A stretch of DNA of 64,000 nucleotides from Lama glama (lineage: Eukaryota). Shown one piece after another: positions 31,927 through 44,849 of this stretch. The stretch covers positions 78,122,001 to 78,186,000 of the forward strand of contig CM052816.1 in the NCBI GenBank assembly GCA_028534125.1. The letters are read 5' to 3'. The notes beneath the pieces were generated by a model that was not told where the DNA came from, did not search any database, and was given only the letters and a program-made list of their open reading frames with translations. The translations under genes and the position numbers were made by a program. Each line of letters opens with the position of its first letter. The first letter of the stretch is position 1.

Positions 31927-32250
31927 AGTGGTTCTCAGAATGTGGTCTGGGAGGGTTCACAAGACCCTTTCAAGTCAAAGCTATTTTTACAATACTAAGA
32001 CATTATTTGCCTTTTTTTCAGAGGCTACATGATGTGTGATATTGTGAAAAACTGAATGCAAAAAAGCAGATATGATAACCCAGCTCTCTTCTATTAAGCC
32101 ACACATTAAAGAGATTTGCAAAAGTATAAAACAGTATCATTTTCCTCATTAAATTTTTGTTTATTTTAGAAAAAGGTATTTTTCATAAAATTTATTTATG
32201 ATAACATGTATCAGGTTTTTGGTATCTGTAAATCAGTTAACAAAAAATTC
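31927..32250 (+). mobile_element. hAT-Charlie DNA transposon deletion derivative
   Basis: TIR cagtggttctc; gcagatatga..acccagct.tcttctattaagcca.acattaaagagatttgcaaaa. Confidence 0.75.
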
Positions 32251-32607
32251 TTAAAATTAGAGGGAAAAAAAAAAGGAGTATAAGTTCCACGTGGACAAAG
32301 ACCATACATGTCCATCTACAGGATCTGCTGAGCTACTTCTCAATTCCTGTGTTCCAAAGACTTGAAGAACACAGTTAATTTTCATGTGCATTTTAATCAC
32401 ACTGAAATAAAAAAGGAACTCATATAAATGTTGGTTTAAAACAATAGAGTTGTAAGAATTATTTTAATTTACATAAAAAGACTAAAATCTAATACTACAC
32501 TCAAAACAGGTCCTTTCAAACACTGAGGGACAAAAGGCCACTGAAACTAGGTAATCTAACTCATTCTTAATTGGTTTCAGAGAAAGATCTTCATCAAAAG
32601 GAGGAAA

Positions 32608-32931
32608 CATAAAAAATTAATAAACAGAAACCTCAAATGGAGTTGGGAGACCAGAAGAGGGAGCCCTGCGATGACAGTAGAGCCCAATAGGAAGAAAGAC
32701 CCCTCTTCTTTCCTTGTAAGGACTCAGCCAATGGAAAGCCATGGACTCTGTTTGCTACAGCCCTCTCAACTTCCTTTTCACCTCTATAAAAGGGTTCTCC
32801 TTTCCTTGCCATGCAGGAACTTGCACATGGCTCACCATGGTAGCAGACCCCAAACTATAATTCTCTGTGATCCCAAATAAACCTATCTTTGCTGAAGAAG
32901 TATCTGGCAGTATATTTGTTTTAAGTCAACA
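32608..32931 (+). mobile_element. ERV1-class 3' LTR preceded by a polypurine tract and a short internal remnant
   Basis: PPT aaaaggaggaaa (32596-32607), CCAAT 32728, TATAAAA 32785, AATAAA 32876, terminal tcaaca. Confidence 0.75.
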
Positions 32932-33029
32932 GTAAGTATACTCAACAAATAGATACATTTCTTCAATGGCAATGAGGAAATAAAGCAGAAAAACTTACAT
33001 ATTAAAAACATAAATACACAATGGCTCTC

Positions 33030-33510
33030 TTAAGAGTGAGTCAGACATTGTTTGGATATTGATTTTAACAAACTAACTGTAAAAATATTTATGGGACATT
33101 GAAGAAATGTGAACAATAATGGGATACTGGATGATATTAAATAATCATTGGAAAAATTACAGATTTATTGAAGATGTTCTGATTATGAGGGAGAGAGAAA
33201 AGGAGAGGGGGAGGAGGCAAAAGAGAGACATACCAACCTTACCTCTTAGAGATGCATACTGAAACATTTACAAATGAAATCATGTGAAACCTGGAATTTG
33301 CTTTTAAACAATCTCACAAAGTAGGTAGATGCGGTGGTAGGGAGGGAGGTTTACTAGAAATGTAAAGTATACATGAAACAGGATTGGCCTTATGTAGATA
33401 ATTGGTAAGGCTCAGAGATAAATATATGGGAATTCCTTTCACTATTCTCTATACTTCTGTGAATGTGTAAATATTTTTACAATAATTAATTTAAAAAAAA
33501 AAAAAAAACA
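33030..33510 (+). mobile_element. Old L1MC/ME 3' end with A-tail
   Basis: ttagagatgcatactgaa.catttaca.atgaaat...actattctctatacttctgtg...aataa followed by an A-run. Confidence 0.7.
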
Positions 33511-33939
33511 GCCAAACAGTCACCTTCTTAATCTCTGACATATTTCCAAGAGGTTGAAATACACACAGGGCAAAGGCAGGACTGCAGAAAAAATTAGTTA
33601 ATCTAAAAGTACAATTAGAAACTCAAATTGATTTTTAATGTATAAACAATTTGGAGTTTTTTTATTATATATATTTTAAAGATAAAATTTGATTTGAAAA
33701 AACAGGAATATTTAAATAAAACGTATGTGAAACAGATGAACTCTCTCTCGGTTGTAAAAGTCTCTGGATAGGAATGCTTCCTTTAAGTACTAACAGTCTA
33801 TAACTTTTTTCCTTACTTATACTTAAAAACATGAAAATTAGTAAAATTCTTCCACAATTTCAAAATAAAAATATCAAAAGTCTGATTTAATAAAACATAG
33901 ATATAATATCAAGAATTAAATGGAAATAATTTCTTAAGG

Positions 33940-34195
33940 CAGCAGTTCTTAGATATTTTGGTTGCAAGACCCTTTACACTACAAATCTTTTGAGGACCCC
34001 CAAGAATGTCTGTTTATATGAATTATGTGTAACAATATTGACAGCAAAAATTAAACTTAAGGCATTTAAAAATACTTACTGTTTACTTCATTTAAAATAA
34101 CAATAAACCCAAAGTATTTTAACATAAATATTTTACAAAAATTATACTTTCAATAGCAAAAAATTTAGTGAGAATGTCACTATTTTAACATCCTT
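33940..34195 (+). mobile_element. Charlie1-like hAT transposon 5' end
   Basis: cagcagttctt..ttttggtt.caagaccctttacact...gaggacccc..ttaaaataacaataaaccca. Confidence 0.7.
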
Positions 34196-34912
34196 GGCTA
34201 TTAATTATATCATTTGTTTTATTTCTGGGCCTATTTTTATTGACATTTTCCCTCTCATTATGGGATGTATTTTCCTACTTTTTTACATGTGAGACAGTAG
34301 AAAAAGGTAGGTTTTTTTATTGTAAAGGGGAAGTAAGATAATTTTATTCTTTCATTCATTCACAAACTTCATTCATTCAACTATCATTCATAATGGTTTT
34401 ACAGTAAGATAAAATACTTTCAACTTATTCCTCAAAATTTTAATTACTAATTTAAATAACAAATGACAATATAAATATAATCCATTAATCTAAATAATAT
34501 AATCAAGCCATTCATTAACTGTGTTATGTTCATTTCTTATCTCAACATCTACCTAAAAAATGAACTCAGGCCTTTTACTGATACAGAAATTAAGCTAAGG
34601 GTAATGAGAAATTTTCCCACACCATAAAAAAAGAAAGTATTTGAGTTTCATTTCTTTCTTTCACTTACAATGTTCCTATATCAAAGAAAGACTGTAAAGC
34701 CAACAATAACAATGACAATAAGTGTTCCTGGTTTAAATGAAACGCAATGGCTATTTTGACTGAGCAGAAAAGTAATCTATTTTCCTTAATGTCCATAGCT
34801 TTATGATATCAGTTGATTGTGTAACTGATCTTAATACAAATGCATCTTATTACTTCACTTTTCCATAAGAGCCCTGTTACTGAGGGAAAAGAATCAAATT
34901 TTTGAAACTTAC

Positions 34913-34972
34913 TGTTTTAGTGCCATGCTTTAGTGTTATCTCATGCGAGTCAGGGATCTTTTGGACAGGATT
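34913..34972 (-). CDS. WDR70: WDR70 internal coding exon, 60 nt, phase 0-0
   Basis: Acceptor ttttttcAG, donor GTAAGTTT. Encodes NPVQKIPDSHEITLKHGTKT, in frame with both neighbouring exons. Confidence 0.96.
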
Positions 34973-36234
34973 CTGAAAAAAGAAAATTCCATGACACTGG
35001 TAAGTCATATAACATATTTGGGGAGAACTACATACTACACTAACAGGAAATGTAATTTTTAAAAATTGCATCACTAGCTTTTTAACACAAAACTGTGTGA
35101 GCATGTCTTATTTCTACACTTCTAGATGGATTGCAATTGGTCACTATGAGCTGATAATAAATTTATCTTAAATCTCTAAAAAAGATAAATATAAGAAACT
35201 CTTTAGGTTGTATGAAACCATAAGGCTCTCTCAGTATGGAAAAACTTTTAAGTCCTCTTTTCCCTGGTATTTGGACATACCTTGAAGTATTTATGTACTC
35301 AATTTATATTAGACAACAAAATTTATATAGGATACACCTTTTAATCCATAAAAGTTTAAAAAAAAACTGCTGTTCAAATGGAATTGAGTCATACACTGAT
35401 TCGATTCAATAAGCCCTTATTAAAGTGAGATTATACCAGATGCTTAGTGGCATTATACATAGGTCCTACTCATCTTCCCTCCCAAGAAGCATATGGTCTA
35501 AGAGGGAAACATCAATGACTCTACTTCAATATAATACATGCTATGTTAGAAAGGTTACAGACAGAGTAACTGAGGGTTAGAGAAGATGGATGCATAAATC
35601 AGACATAAGAGATCACAGTGATCATTTAAATAAGAAGTTTCATTATTCAGCCAAGTCCCCTTTATTCAAGAGCAGGGTAATCATACTAAAATTCCACAGC
35701 CATTATAAATTCATGTTAGGATTATCTTGCAATCTACTTCATTAAATATGTGCAATCTAACAGACTTTGGTCCCTAACTTCCCTCATTCTTTAGGATCTT
35801 TGATGAACCAATCAATCACCAGCTCTTTCTATTTTATCTTAAATCTTTTCCCTACTATAGCTCCTTCTCCTCCGCATATAAACTATTAAAGTATTTCCCA
35901 TATTAAACACACACACACATTTTCCCTATGTTTACTGCAGTGTCACTATCTTTTCCTCTACAATCAAGGTACTTTCACACTACAGTTTTCTACTTTCTTT
36001 CACTCTTCTACCGCTCCCACTTTGGCACTTGTCACTTAATTCCTAATGCTTAGCACAATTCTTGGCACTTAAGGGACTCTCAGTAAATATTACTTGAATG
36101 AATAAATAAGTCACATAAGTGCCCCAGGACACTTTTCAGAACTTAACCTGCACACCTGACCTTTCAACAGCATGATAACTACTTAACTGTTGTTTCCTCC
36201 ATCTTGAAACTATTCTTTCTTGGAAGGAAACAGA

Positions 36235-36590
36235 ACAGCCTAGACAAAAAGCTAGGAAACTTAGGGTTTTAAAATCTAGCTCTGACACTCATTAAACCTG
36301 CCACAACCTTGGGAGAGTAATGACTCTCAGTTTCATCATTTGCAAACTAAGGATAATAACACCTGCTCCTTAGGTTACTGTGAAGTGGTTTAAAGCTCAT
36401 AATACAGCAGGGAGGGTATAGCTCAGTGGTAGACTGTTTGCTTAACATACATGAGATCCTAGGTTCGACCACCAGCACTTCCATGAAAAACAAAAGTTAA
36501 CTTAATTACATCCCCTTGCAAAAAAAAAAATTTTTTTAAGCCCATAATACAGAGTTTGACACAAAGTACATGCTTTATAAATGACAGCCA
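36235..36590 (+). mobile_element. MIR interrupted by a SINE
   Basis: ctagctctgacact...accttggg...ctctcagtttcatcatttgcaaa..aggataataacacctgc. Confidence 0.65.
36408..36537 (+). mobile_element. tRNA-derived SINE, camelid Vic-1-like
   Basis: gggagggtatagctcagtggtaga (A box), ggttcgacc (B box), A-tail. 15-bp TSD aagc(t/c)cataatacag at 36393-36407 and 36538-36552. Confidence 0.9.
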
Positions 36591-36639
36591 CCAGTTATCC
36601 TAAGGCTTACCTCCTGTCTCTCTGGTCATTTATGTTAGT

Positions 36640-36980
36640 CTATTTCCAGGCTTCTCGTCCTCTTTATCTGGCTAATTCCTACTCACCTTTCAAGACTCAT
36701 TTCAGATGTGACCTGCTCATGGAAGCTTTTCTCAACATTTCAAATTCTGGCTTAAATGACCTTTCTGTGCACTCGTATGACCACCTCTCCTTATCTCTTA
36801 TCACAGAACCTATCAAAATACATCGTAATGTTTTACCTATCTCCCTCACACCACTCCCTAACCAAACTGCAAAATGGACACTCCTCAAAGACTGTGCATA
36901 TATATTACCTCTGGGTCCCCAGTCCACAATACACTTGGTGTATGGCAGACACAGACAAAAGTTTCTGGAGTGAATTAATG
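36640..36980 (+). mobile_element. L2 3' fragment
   Basis: ctggctaattcctactcacctttcaagactca..tcagatgtgacc. Confidence 0.65.
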
Positions 36981-38604
36981 GCCTCATAAATCATATTAGA
37001 TTACAATTTTTAATATATCTTCAAACATTAATGTTTATGTTCATAAAGAAAAACAGGTAGGTGCTATCCATCAGGTGAGCCTGGTGAGTGAGAGTCAGGG
37101 ATAACTGAAGGTTTTCCCAAAGTGAAAACCTTTGAAGACCAAACGATTCTACCCCAGACTAAAAGCAGATGAAAAGTTACAAGAATAGAGAACTAAAGGC
37201 AGTTTTGTTTTAGATGGTTTGCATCTGAGAGGTGACTATAATACATTATCACCACAGATCAATGAAGAAAGAGATTAGGAACCAAGAGGCACTAAACAAA
37301 AATACTTACCTCAAGGAATCCAAGGAACTGCTAGAGAGTTTGCAGTTTATTTCAAGACAAAGACATCACGGTATAGAGTACTATCTTTTGGGAAGAACTA
37401 CACATACCTATCTCAGAGATACCAATATTTCAACACAAATTCCAAAATAATTTAAAAGTTGAACAAACGAATCCTAGACTACTCCTGTATTAAATTTTGT
37501 AAACCACTGACTGCTACCTTTGCAGTTGACAATATCTGTAAGAAATAAAAGCCCATATAAAGGTGCTAAGTACTCTTGCAAGAAACAGGAGAACAATTCA
37601 AATGTTTTACTTAGAGAAGAATCTATTATCGTCTGTGTCTCATTTCATAACTAATTACTTTTTCATCACTCAAGAAAGAGAAACACTGTCACCAAAAGGA
37701 GGGATGAAAATTATTTCATTGAATTCAGTGTAGAATATGCCTATATATAGACAATTTTTGACATTCAAAGAAAAAACTTACAAGAACACAGAACAACTCA
37801 GTATTTACATTAGGAGTGAATTGAATGTTTAAATAAATGCTGTTTACATTTAAAATAAAAGTTTTACTGGAAATCATGTAGGCATAACTCATAAAAAGCC
37901 CATATAATTGGCACAACTAAATCATCTAAAATAGTAGCAATCCATCTTCTGGTAGCATATCACTTGATGGTGACTGTTCTTTTTCCAGAACTTTTACTAA
38001 TGACTTTTTGAAATATGGCTTAGTGTGAAACTTGCTATAACAGTAAAATATTTTCAAGATTTCCCTGCCAAGGGACGTCATAAACTATAAGACTTCAATG
38101 AAGTCATTTATTACCAAAATTCATAACAAGAGCTACAGTCTTAATGGAAAGGGGGAAAAGATACCAGTTTTTGCTTTGGTTTGGTTTTAAATGCCAACCA
38201 AAGGATTACTTCCCAGGCTCTTTGGTTTACCCCCAATAAGAACAATGATAGCAAACTGGAATAACATGAGCAATTCCATCTGATGCACATACATCCTTAC
38301 AATGTTTTCAAAAGACTTGCAAATCAGAAATAAACTTTCTGGGGTAAATTTGTCATAAATTTAAAAAGCTGTATATGTATAGTACTATAAGCCATAATAA
38401 AAAGTCTACTCAGTAATAAGGATCTGCCACAAAGTGGCTAGGAGTCAGGGGAAGAATGGAGATTCCCAACCAAGAGTCTGAAAATGAGTGCTACTTCCTC
38501 CCAGAAACCATACTGGAAACAGTTATCAGTGCAGTACCACAAGCAACCAGAATTAAGAGTCCATTGTGGTGTAACTGTGGAGATCCAGTAAGACTGACTT
38601 AAAA

Positions 38605-39190
38605 TTACTTCATTTATTCATTCATTCGCTAATCACATATTCACTTAACAAACATTTATTGAGTATTTAATTATATACTACACACCACATACCAGGAACT
38701 AAGTTAAAGATTAAAAGTCCCGTAACAGAGATTCTGCTCACAAAGAACTGTCAGTCCAGTAAAGCAAAACAGACAGGTAAACAAATAAGCAAACTAAAAT
38801 GTTTCAGATGCTAAGAGAAGAATACACAGGGTTCAGGGCTCAATTCCATTGTGTCTGGGGAAGTAGAGGGTAATTAGAAAAGGTTTCATAAAAGAGATGT
38901 TTGAGATGCCTTTGGAAAAATAGAAGTTCCTTAGGTGAATGTAGAGGACATCGAGGAGAGAATAAGATGACTCTTGACACTTTCTAAACTGCAAATATTT
39001 CTACCTGGCTAGAGTTCAAATTGCCAGGCAGGAAAAAGGGGAAGGAGGTGTGTGGTGTAGGCTGTGTGTGTGTGTGTGTGTGTGTATTTTTTTTTTAATG
39101 TTAACCCAGAGAGCTAGTTATGAGCCAGATAGTATACAATGCCAAGAATCTGAAATTTAAGCTTTGAGCCATGTAGAGTATTTTGATAAG
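38605..39190 (-). mobile_element. L2 3' region containing (TG)n at ~39063-39085
   Basis: (ttca)n, aacaaacatttattgagt. Confidence 0.65.
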
Positions 39191-39214
39191 ATTTGAGATT
39201 TCAAAAAACCACCA

Positions 39215-40215
39215 AGGCATTCTGTACATCAAAAGACACAATTAACACAGCAAAAAAGCAATCTACAGAATGGGCTAAAATATCTGCAAATTACATATCT
39301 GGTAAACTGTTAATATCCAGAATGTATTATTAAAAAACTCCTCTGACTCAACAATTAAAAAAAAAACCTGATTCAAAATTTGACAATGGATTTGAATAGA
39401 GATTCTTCCAAAGAAGAAATACAGGTGATCAAGAAGCATATGAAAAGATACTCAACATCACTAATAATAAGGGAAATGCAAATCGAAACCACAATGAGAT
39501 AACCACTTCACATCCAATGTGACAGCTATTATTAAGGGAGAAAAGAAAGAAAAACAAAATAAGTATTAGTGAGGATAAACAGAAATTGGGGATGTCTGTA
39601 CATTGCTGAAGGGAAATGGTGCAGCTGCGATGGAAAACAGTACGGTAGTTCCTCAAAAAATTTAAAAAATAATTACCTGTGATTCAGCAATTCCACTGGC
39701 ATATATACCCAAAAGAAATAAAGAGTAGAGTCTCAAAGAGGTATTTGTACACTGATGTTCATAGCAGCTTTATTCACAATAGTCAAAAGGTGGAAATAAT
39801 TCAAGGGTCCATCCATGGATGAAGGAATAAATTGTGATATAAATGTATAATGGAATATTATTCAGTCTTTAAAAGGAAGGAAATTCTGACACTTGCTACA
39901 ACATGGATGAACCTGAAGGACAGTATACGAAGTGAAATAAGCTACTCACAAAAAGAGAAATCCTGTATGACTGCACTTATCTGAGGTATCTAGAATAGTC
40001 AAATTCATTGAAACAGAAAGAACCGTGGTTGCCAGGGCTGAGGAAGAGATGGAAATAGGGAGTTGTCGTTCAATGGGTACAGAGTTTTTGTTTTGCAGAA
40101 TGAAAAAGTTCTGGAGGTTGGTTGGACAACAATGTAACACTACTGAGCTGTACATTTTTAAATGGTTAAGACTGCAAATTTTATGTTACGTATATTTTAC
40201 CAAAACTTCAAAAAA
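39215..40215 (+). mobile_element. 5'-truncated L1MB
   Basis: ORF2 end plus L1MB 3' UTR (gtggttgccagggctg...aaatggttaaga..gcaaattttatgtta). Confidence 0.9.
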
Positions 40216-41264
40216 ATTTAATAGATATAACACACATAAATAAACAAAAAAGATTAAAAGACGTATACCATTAAGCCTGAATACTTCTCAATGCAATAAT
40301 AAATATTAGGTAAGCTTCAAAATACATCATTTATCAAATGTTTAAAATCTTCCTCCAAAAACGTAAAGTTATGTGTCTAAAATATTGCAGGAAGGAAAGA
40401 CAATTTCCTATCTAAATCTCACAGCTGGTTCCAATCCTTCAATTAGCAGTATCCCCAAACCACTTCTAAATTATCTTCAAACCATTAATGCCCTATTGCA
40501 AGCTTCAATCTTACAGAACATTTCTTAGTAACATGACTTAAGAGTACACTGTTAAACAACTTTTTATATTTGTGTGAGGGCTGAGAAACTTAAAAAGGAT
40601 AGTTCATTCTTATATTTTATAAGAAATCATATTTTTTAAATATGACATTAGCAATAAACACAAAGATAACAATTTTCTATGTTTATTTATCAGACAATAA
40701 TGGCAGTAATTAGCCAACAGGATTTATATCAAATGACACATCTACTTTCAAAGCTACCATGAACGTATGTTCTATCACTTCCTAACACCCTAAAATTTTA
40801 TGAATACGTCAGTTCATTCTTATTTGTTCTCTTAAGTACAAAGACTTAAAATCTAGACAGGACTCTGAGATTAATTTCCAGTTGTAACCTTCACCAAGTC
40901 ATTTAACTATACAGAACCTCAGCCTTTTCACTTGTGAAAGCGAGAGTTGGACTAGGTAATTCATGACATTCCATAATGACATGGCTAACCTTAAACTTAC
41001 TCACATCTGGAACTATGAACAGTACTCTATGTCCTTCCCTGACCTCCATCCTCTTCAATTCTTCCCACGTTGCTCACTACTGTGATATTAGTCTTCGTAT
41101 GTCATTTTTCACTGAAAACCTTCAATATCTCTCTACCACCTTAGCTAGCAATAGTATCGTTTCAGAGCACTTATACACTTATGTTTTAGAAATTTTCTAC
41201 ATCTGTTGAATGTTGTTCCAGGTTACATTTAGAAAAATTAATGTTTTTTAAGAAGTTTCTGGTC

Positions 41265-41560
41265 AAAGGTTAAAAACTTTTGGTTATAAAATAAGTTCTA
41301 AAGGATCAAATATACAGCATGGTGACTATAGTTAATAACTCTGTGCTGTATACTTGAAATTTGCTAAGAGTTGATCATAAGTGTTCTCACCACACCAAAA
41401 AAATAAATAAATAAAATAACTATGTGAGGTGATGGATGTGTTAATTAAGTTGATTGTGGCAATCGTTTCACAATGCATACATATATCAAATCATCACATT
41501 ATACATCTTAAATACATACAATTTTTGTCAGTTACACCTCAATAAAGCTGGAAAATAAAT
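41265..41560 (+). mobile_element. L1MA8/9-like 3' end
   Basis: tacagcatggtgactatagttaataa...taactatgtgaggtgatggatgtgttaatt...cctcaataaagctggaaaa. Confidence 0.85.
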
Positions 41561-42214
41561 ATCATTAAGAAAACAACGAAAGAATTTCATATGTAACCAA
41601 AAAGCAGATCGTTTCTTAAGAGGTACTAATCTAAAAAGCCTAGTAACATTCTTATCATTTGCAGTGGTATTTACTTTTCATTTATTACTTACTAAGGTAT
41701 GTATTAAGAGCCCATCCTTACCCACAGCATTAACCATCCTAGGCAGGGATGGAAAACCACAGAGGCTGAGCTTGCCAGAGATGGGGTAGGGGTAGGTACT
41801 ATAACAGAATTAAAAAGGAACAATCTGGCTTTCTAGGACCCTTATAATGAAACTCTTCCCTCCCACTCCTTTACCCCCACCTAAAAGAGAAGGCTTTCTT
41901 TTACAACTACAAACGTAGGGGTAAATTTCACCAGCTCAGACTGGGGCCCCTGAGTTTTACCATTTGTCCTATTCCTAAAAAAGGCCCACCTTGCCAGTCA
42001 CAACAATGTATACACCATTCTCATATCTTCACAAAACTTGAACTAATTATTCTCTCAAAGCCATATTTCCTTAGCCACCTATCTACAAAGAATAAGAATT
42101 GGTTAAAATGATTCATTTGGGAAACAAAGTGCTTTTGTAAGTGGAGTAAAGATTAATATAAGCCTCAGTCTGACAGCTCCACAGTTCTCACAGAAGCCTT
42201 TCTAATGCCTTGCA

Positions 42215-42370
42215 CCTCAAAGTACAGGACACAAAGCAGCACCAGGGACATCACCTAGGAACTTGTTAAAATTCAGAACGTCAGGCCTCTCCCAGACACA
42301 CCAAATAAGAATCTGCTTTTGGACAAGGTCCCCCAGGAGATTTAAAGTGCACATTAAAGTGTGAGAAGCA
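42215..42370. mobile_element. MER5A/B-like hAT MITE
   Basis: agcagcacc..catcacctaggaacttgttaaaa.tcagaa..tcaggcc...acattaaagtgtgagaagca. Confidence 0.7.
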
Positions 42371-42507
42371 AAAGTTTTCTGAGATTATCACTTTATTGCA
42401 ACACAAGTTCACCAGTCCTATTACAGCTTGGTAGTACATTGCCTGAGCAACATTTTATATCTTAAGATAATTTTTATAACCTAAGAAAGATATTCAACTG
42501 GAAAATC

Positions 42508-42911
42508 TTTTTTTTCTTTTGTTAATTTTTTATTACCATGAAACAGGAAGACCTAATACATAACATGTTTATTTTATTTTATTTTTAAAATTGAAGTATA
42601 GTTGCTGTAAAATATCGTGTTAGTTTCAGGTGTACAGCACAGTGATTCAGTACTTCCATTATACCTCATTATAGGTTATTGTAAGATAGTGGGTATAATT
42701 TCTGTATTACATAGTATATCCTTGTTTTTCTTTTTTATACACAACAATTTGTTAGTCCTATACCCCTTATTTGTCCCTTCCCCTTCCCTCGCCCCTTGGT
42801 AACCACAAGTTTGTTTTCTATATCTGTGAGTCTGTTTCTGTTTTGCATATACATTCCTTTATATTATTTTTTAGATTACACATTAAATACCATAATTTAT
42901 TTCTCTTTCTC
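42508..42911 (-). mobile_element. 5'-truncated L1 with a 3' transduction
   Basis: Perfect 15-bp TSD ttcaactggaaaatc at 42493-42507 and 42912-42926. Two A-tails are separated by ~47 nt of non-L1 sequence. Confidence 0.85.
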
Positions 42912-43184
42912 TTCAACTGGAAAATCCTGGAAGTCAAATTTACTTTCCAATTTAGCAAAAATCTTACTCTATAATTCAATTTTCCAAACTGCCTGGTAAT
43001 ATGGGATTTTTGTTTTCTAATTCATACAATCGTTCATTCAACAGCTACTTAATAAAAACATATAGTTTTAAAGAGACAAGGCAAGAGCAGGACAAGACTC
43101 TGAACTGTTACTTACTAGTGGTAAGAACAAAACATCTCTTCTCCTTAGAGCCTCTATTCCCTTAACCATTTACTGGATATAAAT

Positions 43185-43450
43185 AATAAAAGTAGCAACT
43201 TGCATATATATGCATACTATCAGCCAAGCACTGCTTAAGGCACCATATACTAAGTAATTTAATTCTCACAACAACTCTCTAATAGGTTTTATCATCACCC
43301 CATTTTACAGAAGAGGAAACTTAGGCAAAAGGAGGTTAAGTAATTTGTCCAAGATCACATAACTGGTAAGTGACTGAGAAGGAATGTGAACTTAGAAGTC
43401 TGGCCCCAAAGTCCGTGTGTGTAATCATTACAATCTACTGCCTCCTCTAC
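43185..43450 (-). mobile_element. MIR, nested in fragments of an opposite-strand MIR (~43060-43520)
   Basis: ccccattttacagaagaggaaacttaggc..gaggttaagtaatttgtccaagatcaca. Confidence 0.85.
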
Positions 43451-44849
43451 AGTAATACTTGCCCTACTAGCTTCACAGAGTTCCCGTGACGACCAAATGA
43501 GTTAATGTACCAAAACACTTTATAATCACAACCCATTCTAAGTAAAATATTACTATGAGCCTATGGCTGTACAGGTTTTATCCTGAAAGTACACATTTGA
43601 GAAATTGTTTGAGACCAGGTATAAAATGCCTTGAGATAGAAAAGTTTCACCGACTTTCAGCATCTTAGATCTGCAGGGCAGAACTAGTTCAACATGGGTT
43701 AAGTACTGTAGTATTCTGAGTTATGTTTAAGATTTCATAACTGTTCTTTATAAAAAACTGAGTTCTTGCTTGGGCAATCTTTTTATATTTAGTTAAAGAT
43801 GCACAGACTACACTAATTTTGACTATAAAAAATGTCAAGGTATCAGTCAAATTAATGAGAATTAATTTATTTAGGAAAATAAAAGAAACTTAAGGCATAA
43901 TAAATGTTTATTAAATTCACTTGGTACTGAGAAAAGGTCTATCTTAATCTTTCTCTACTACAGATCTTTTAAAAACCTAACACTGCAGAATAAATACCAT
44001 ATCTGATGTAATCTGATTTTCCATACATACAAAAACAAGTATATGTTTCACAACTGTGAAAGGTACATTGAGAATTAGAGACATCTCAAAAGCCAATCTG
44101 TACAGGTTTTGTCGCATTCATTCTACAGTTCTAGCTTTAGCAATTATACACCCTATTCATTCCACCAAATATGGAACAAACACATTATTAACACTTCATC
44201 ATACTTTCCATAATGTCTAAAGCCACCACCACAACAAAGTATTTTAAATTGCTCTTGGGCATTTCTTGCCAAAGAACAGAAGCAGATTGCTTACTTGCCA
44301 TCTCCTCACTAGTCTGTAAAATCCTTGAGGACAGGGACTAAACCTGATTTTATTTGCATCTTCAGTACTAGGCACAGGGTCTAACATACAGTATGTGCCC
44401 AAATATATTCATTCTTAACTAAAGATATAAATTGCCTAGTAATGATTGTATTTTAAAGAAAATAAGCATGAAATCCATGAGGAAAAAAAATACACAACCA
44501 GGGTTTGTACTTATCATGGTATGTTTATATACCCTTCTAAAATATGCGGACATATTTATTAACTATTTATATTTTACATCTACTCTTGAATATTTTCCTG
44601 TATACTTTCAAAATAAAAACATTCAAAGCCACAGACAGACTTACTATAAGCTGTACATAATAAAACCTAAGTGCCAGGTACTATGCTGAATACCAGGGAT
44701 CCCAAAATAAGGAAGACACAATGCACAACTTTCATAGAGCTCAGAAACTACAGAAGGTGCGCTCTTGTAAACAAGTAACTATTACAATTACAATCATTTT
44801 ATCATAGTTATGAAAGGTACAACAACAGAAGAATGTCCTATGTCAAATC

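Noticed and set aside
36581..36989. Overlapping 130, 96 and 77 aa ORFs
   Set aside because: L2-derived sequence with no coding signature or convincing splice context.
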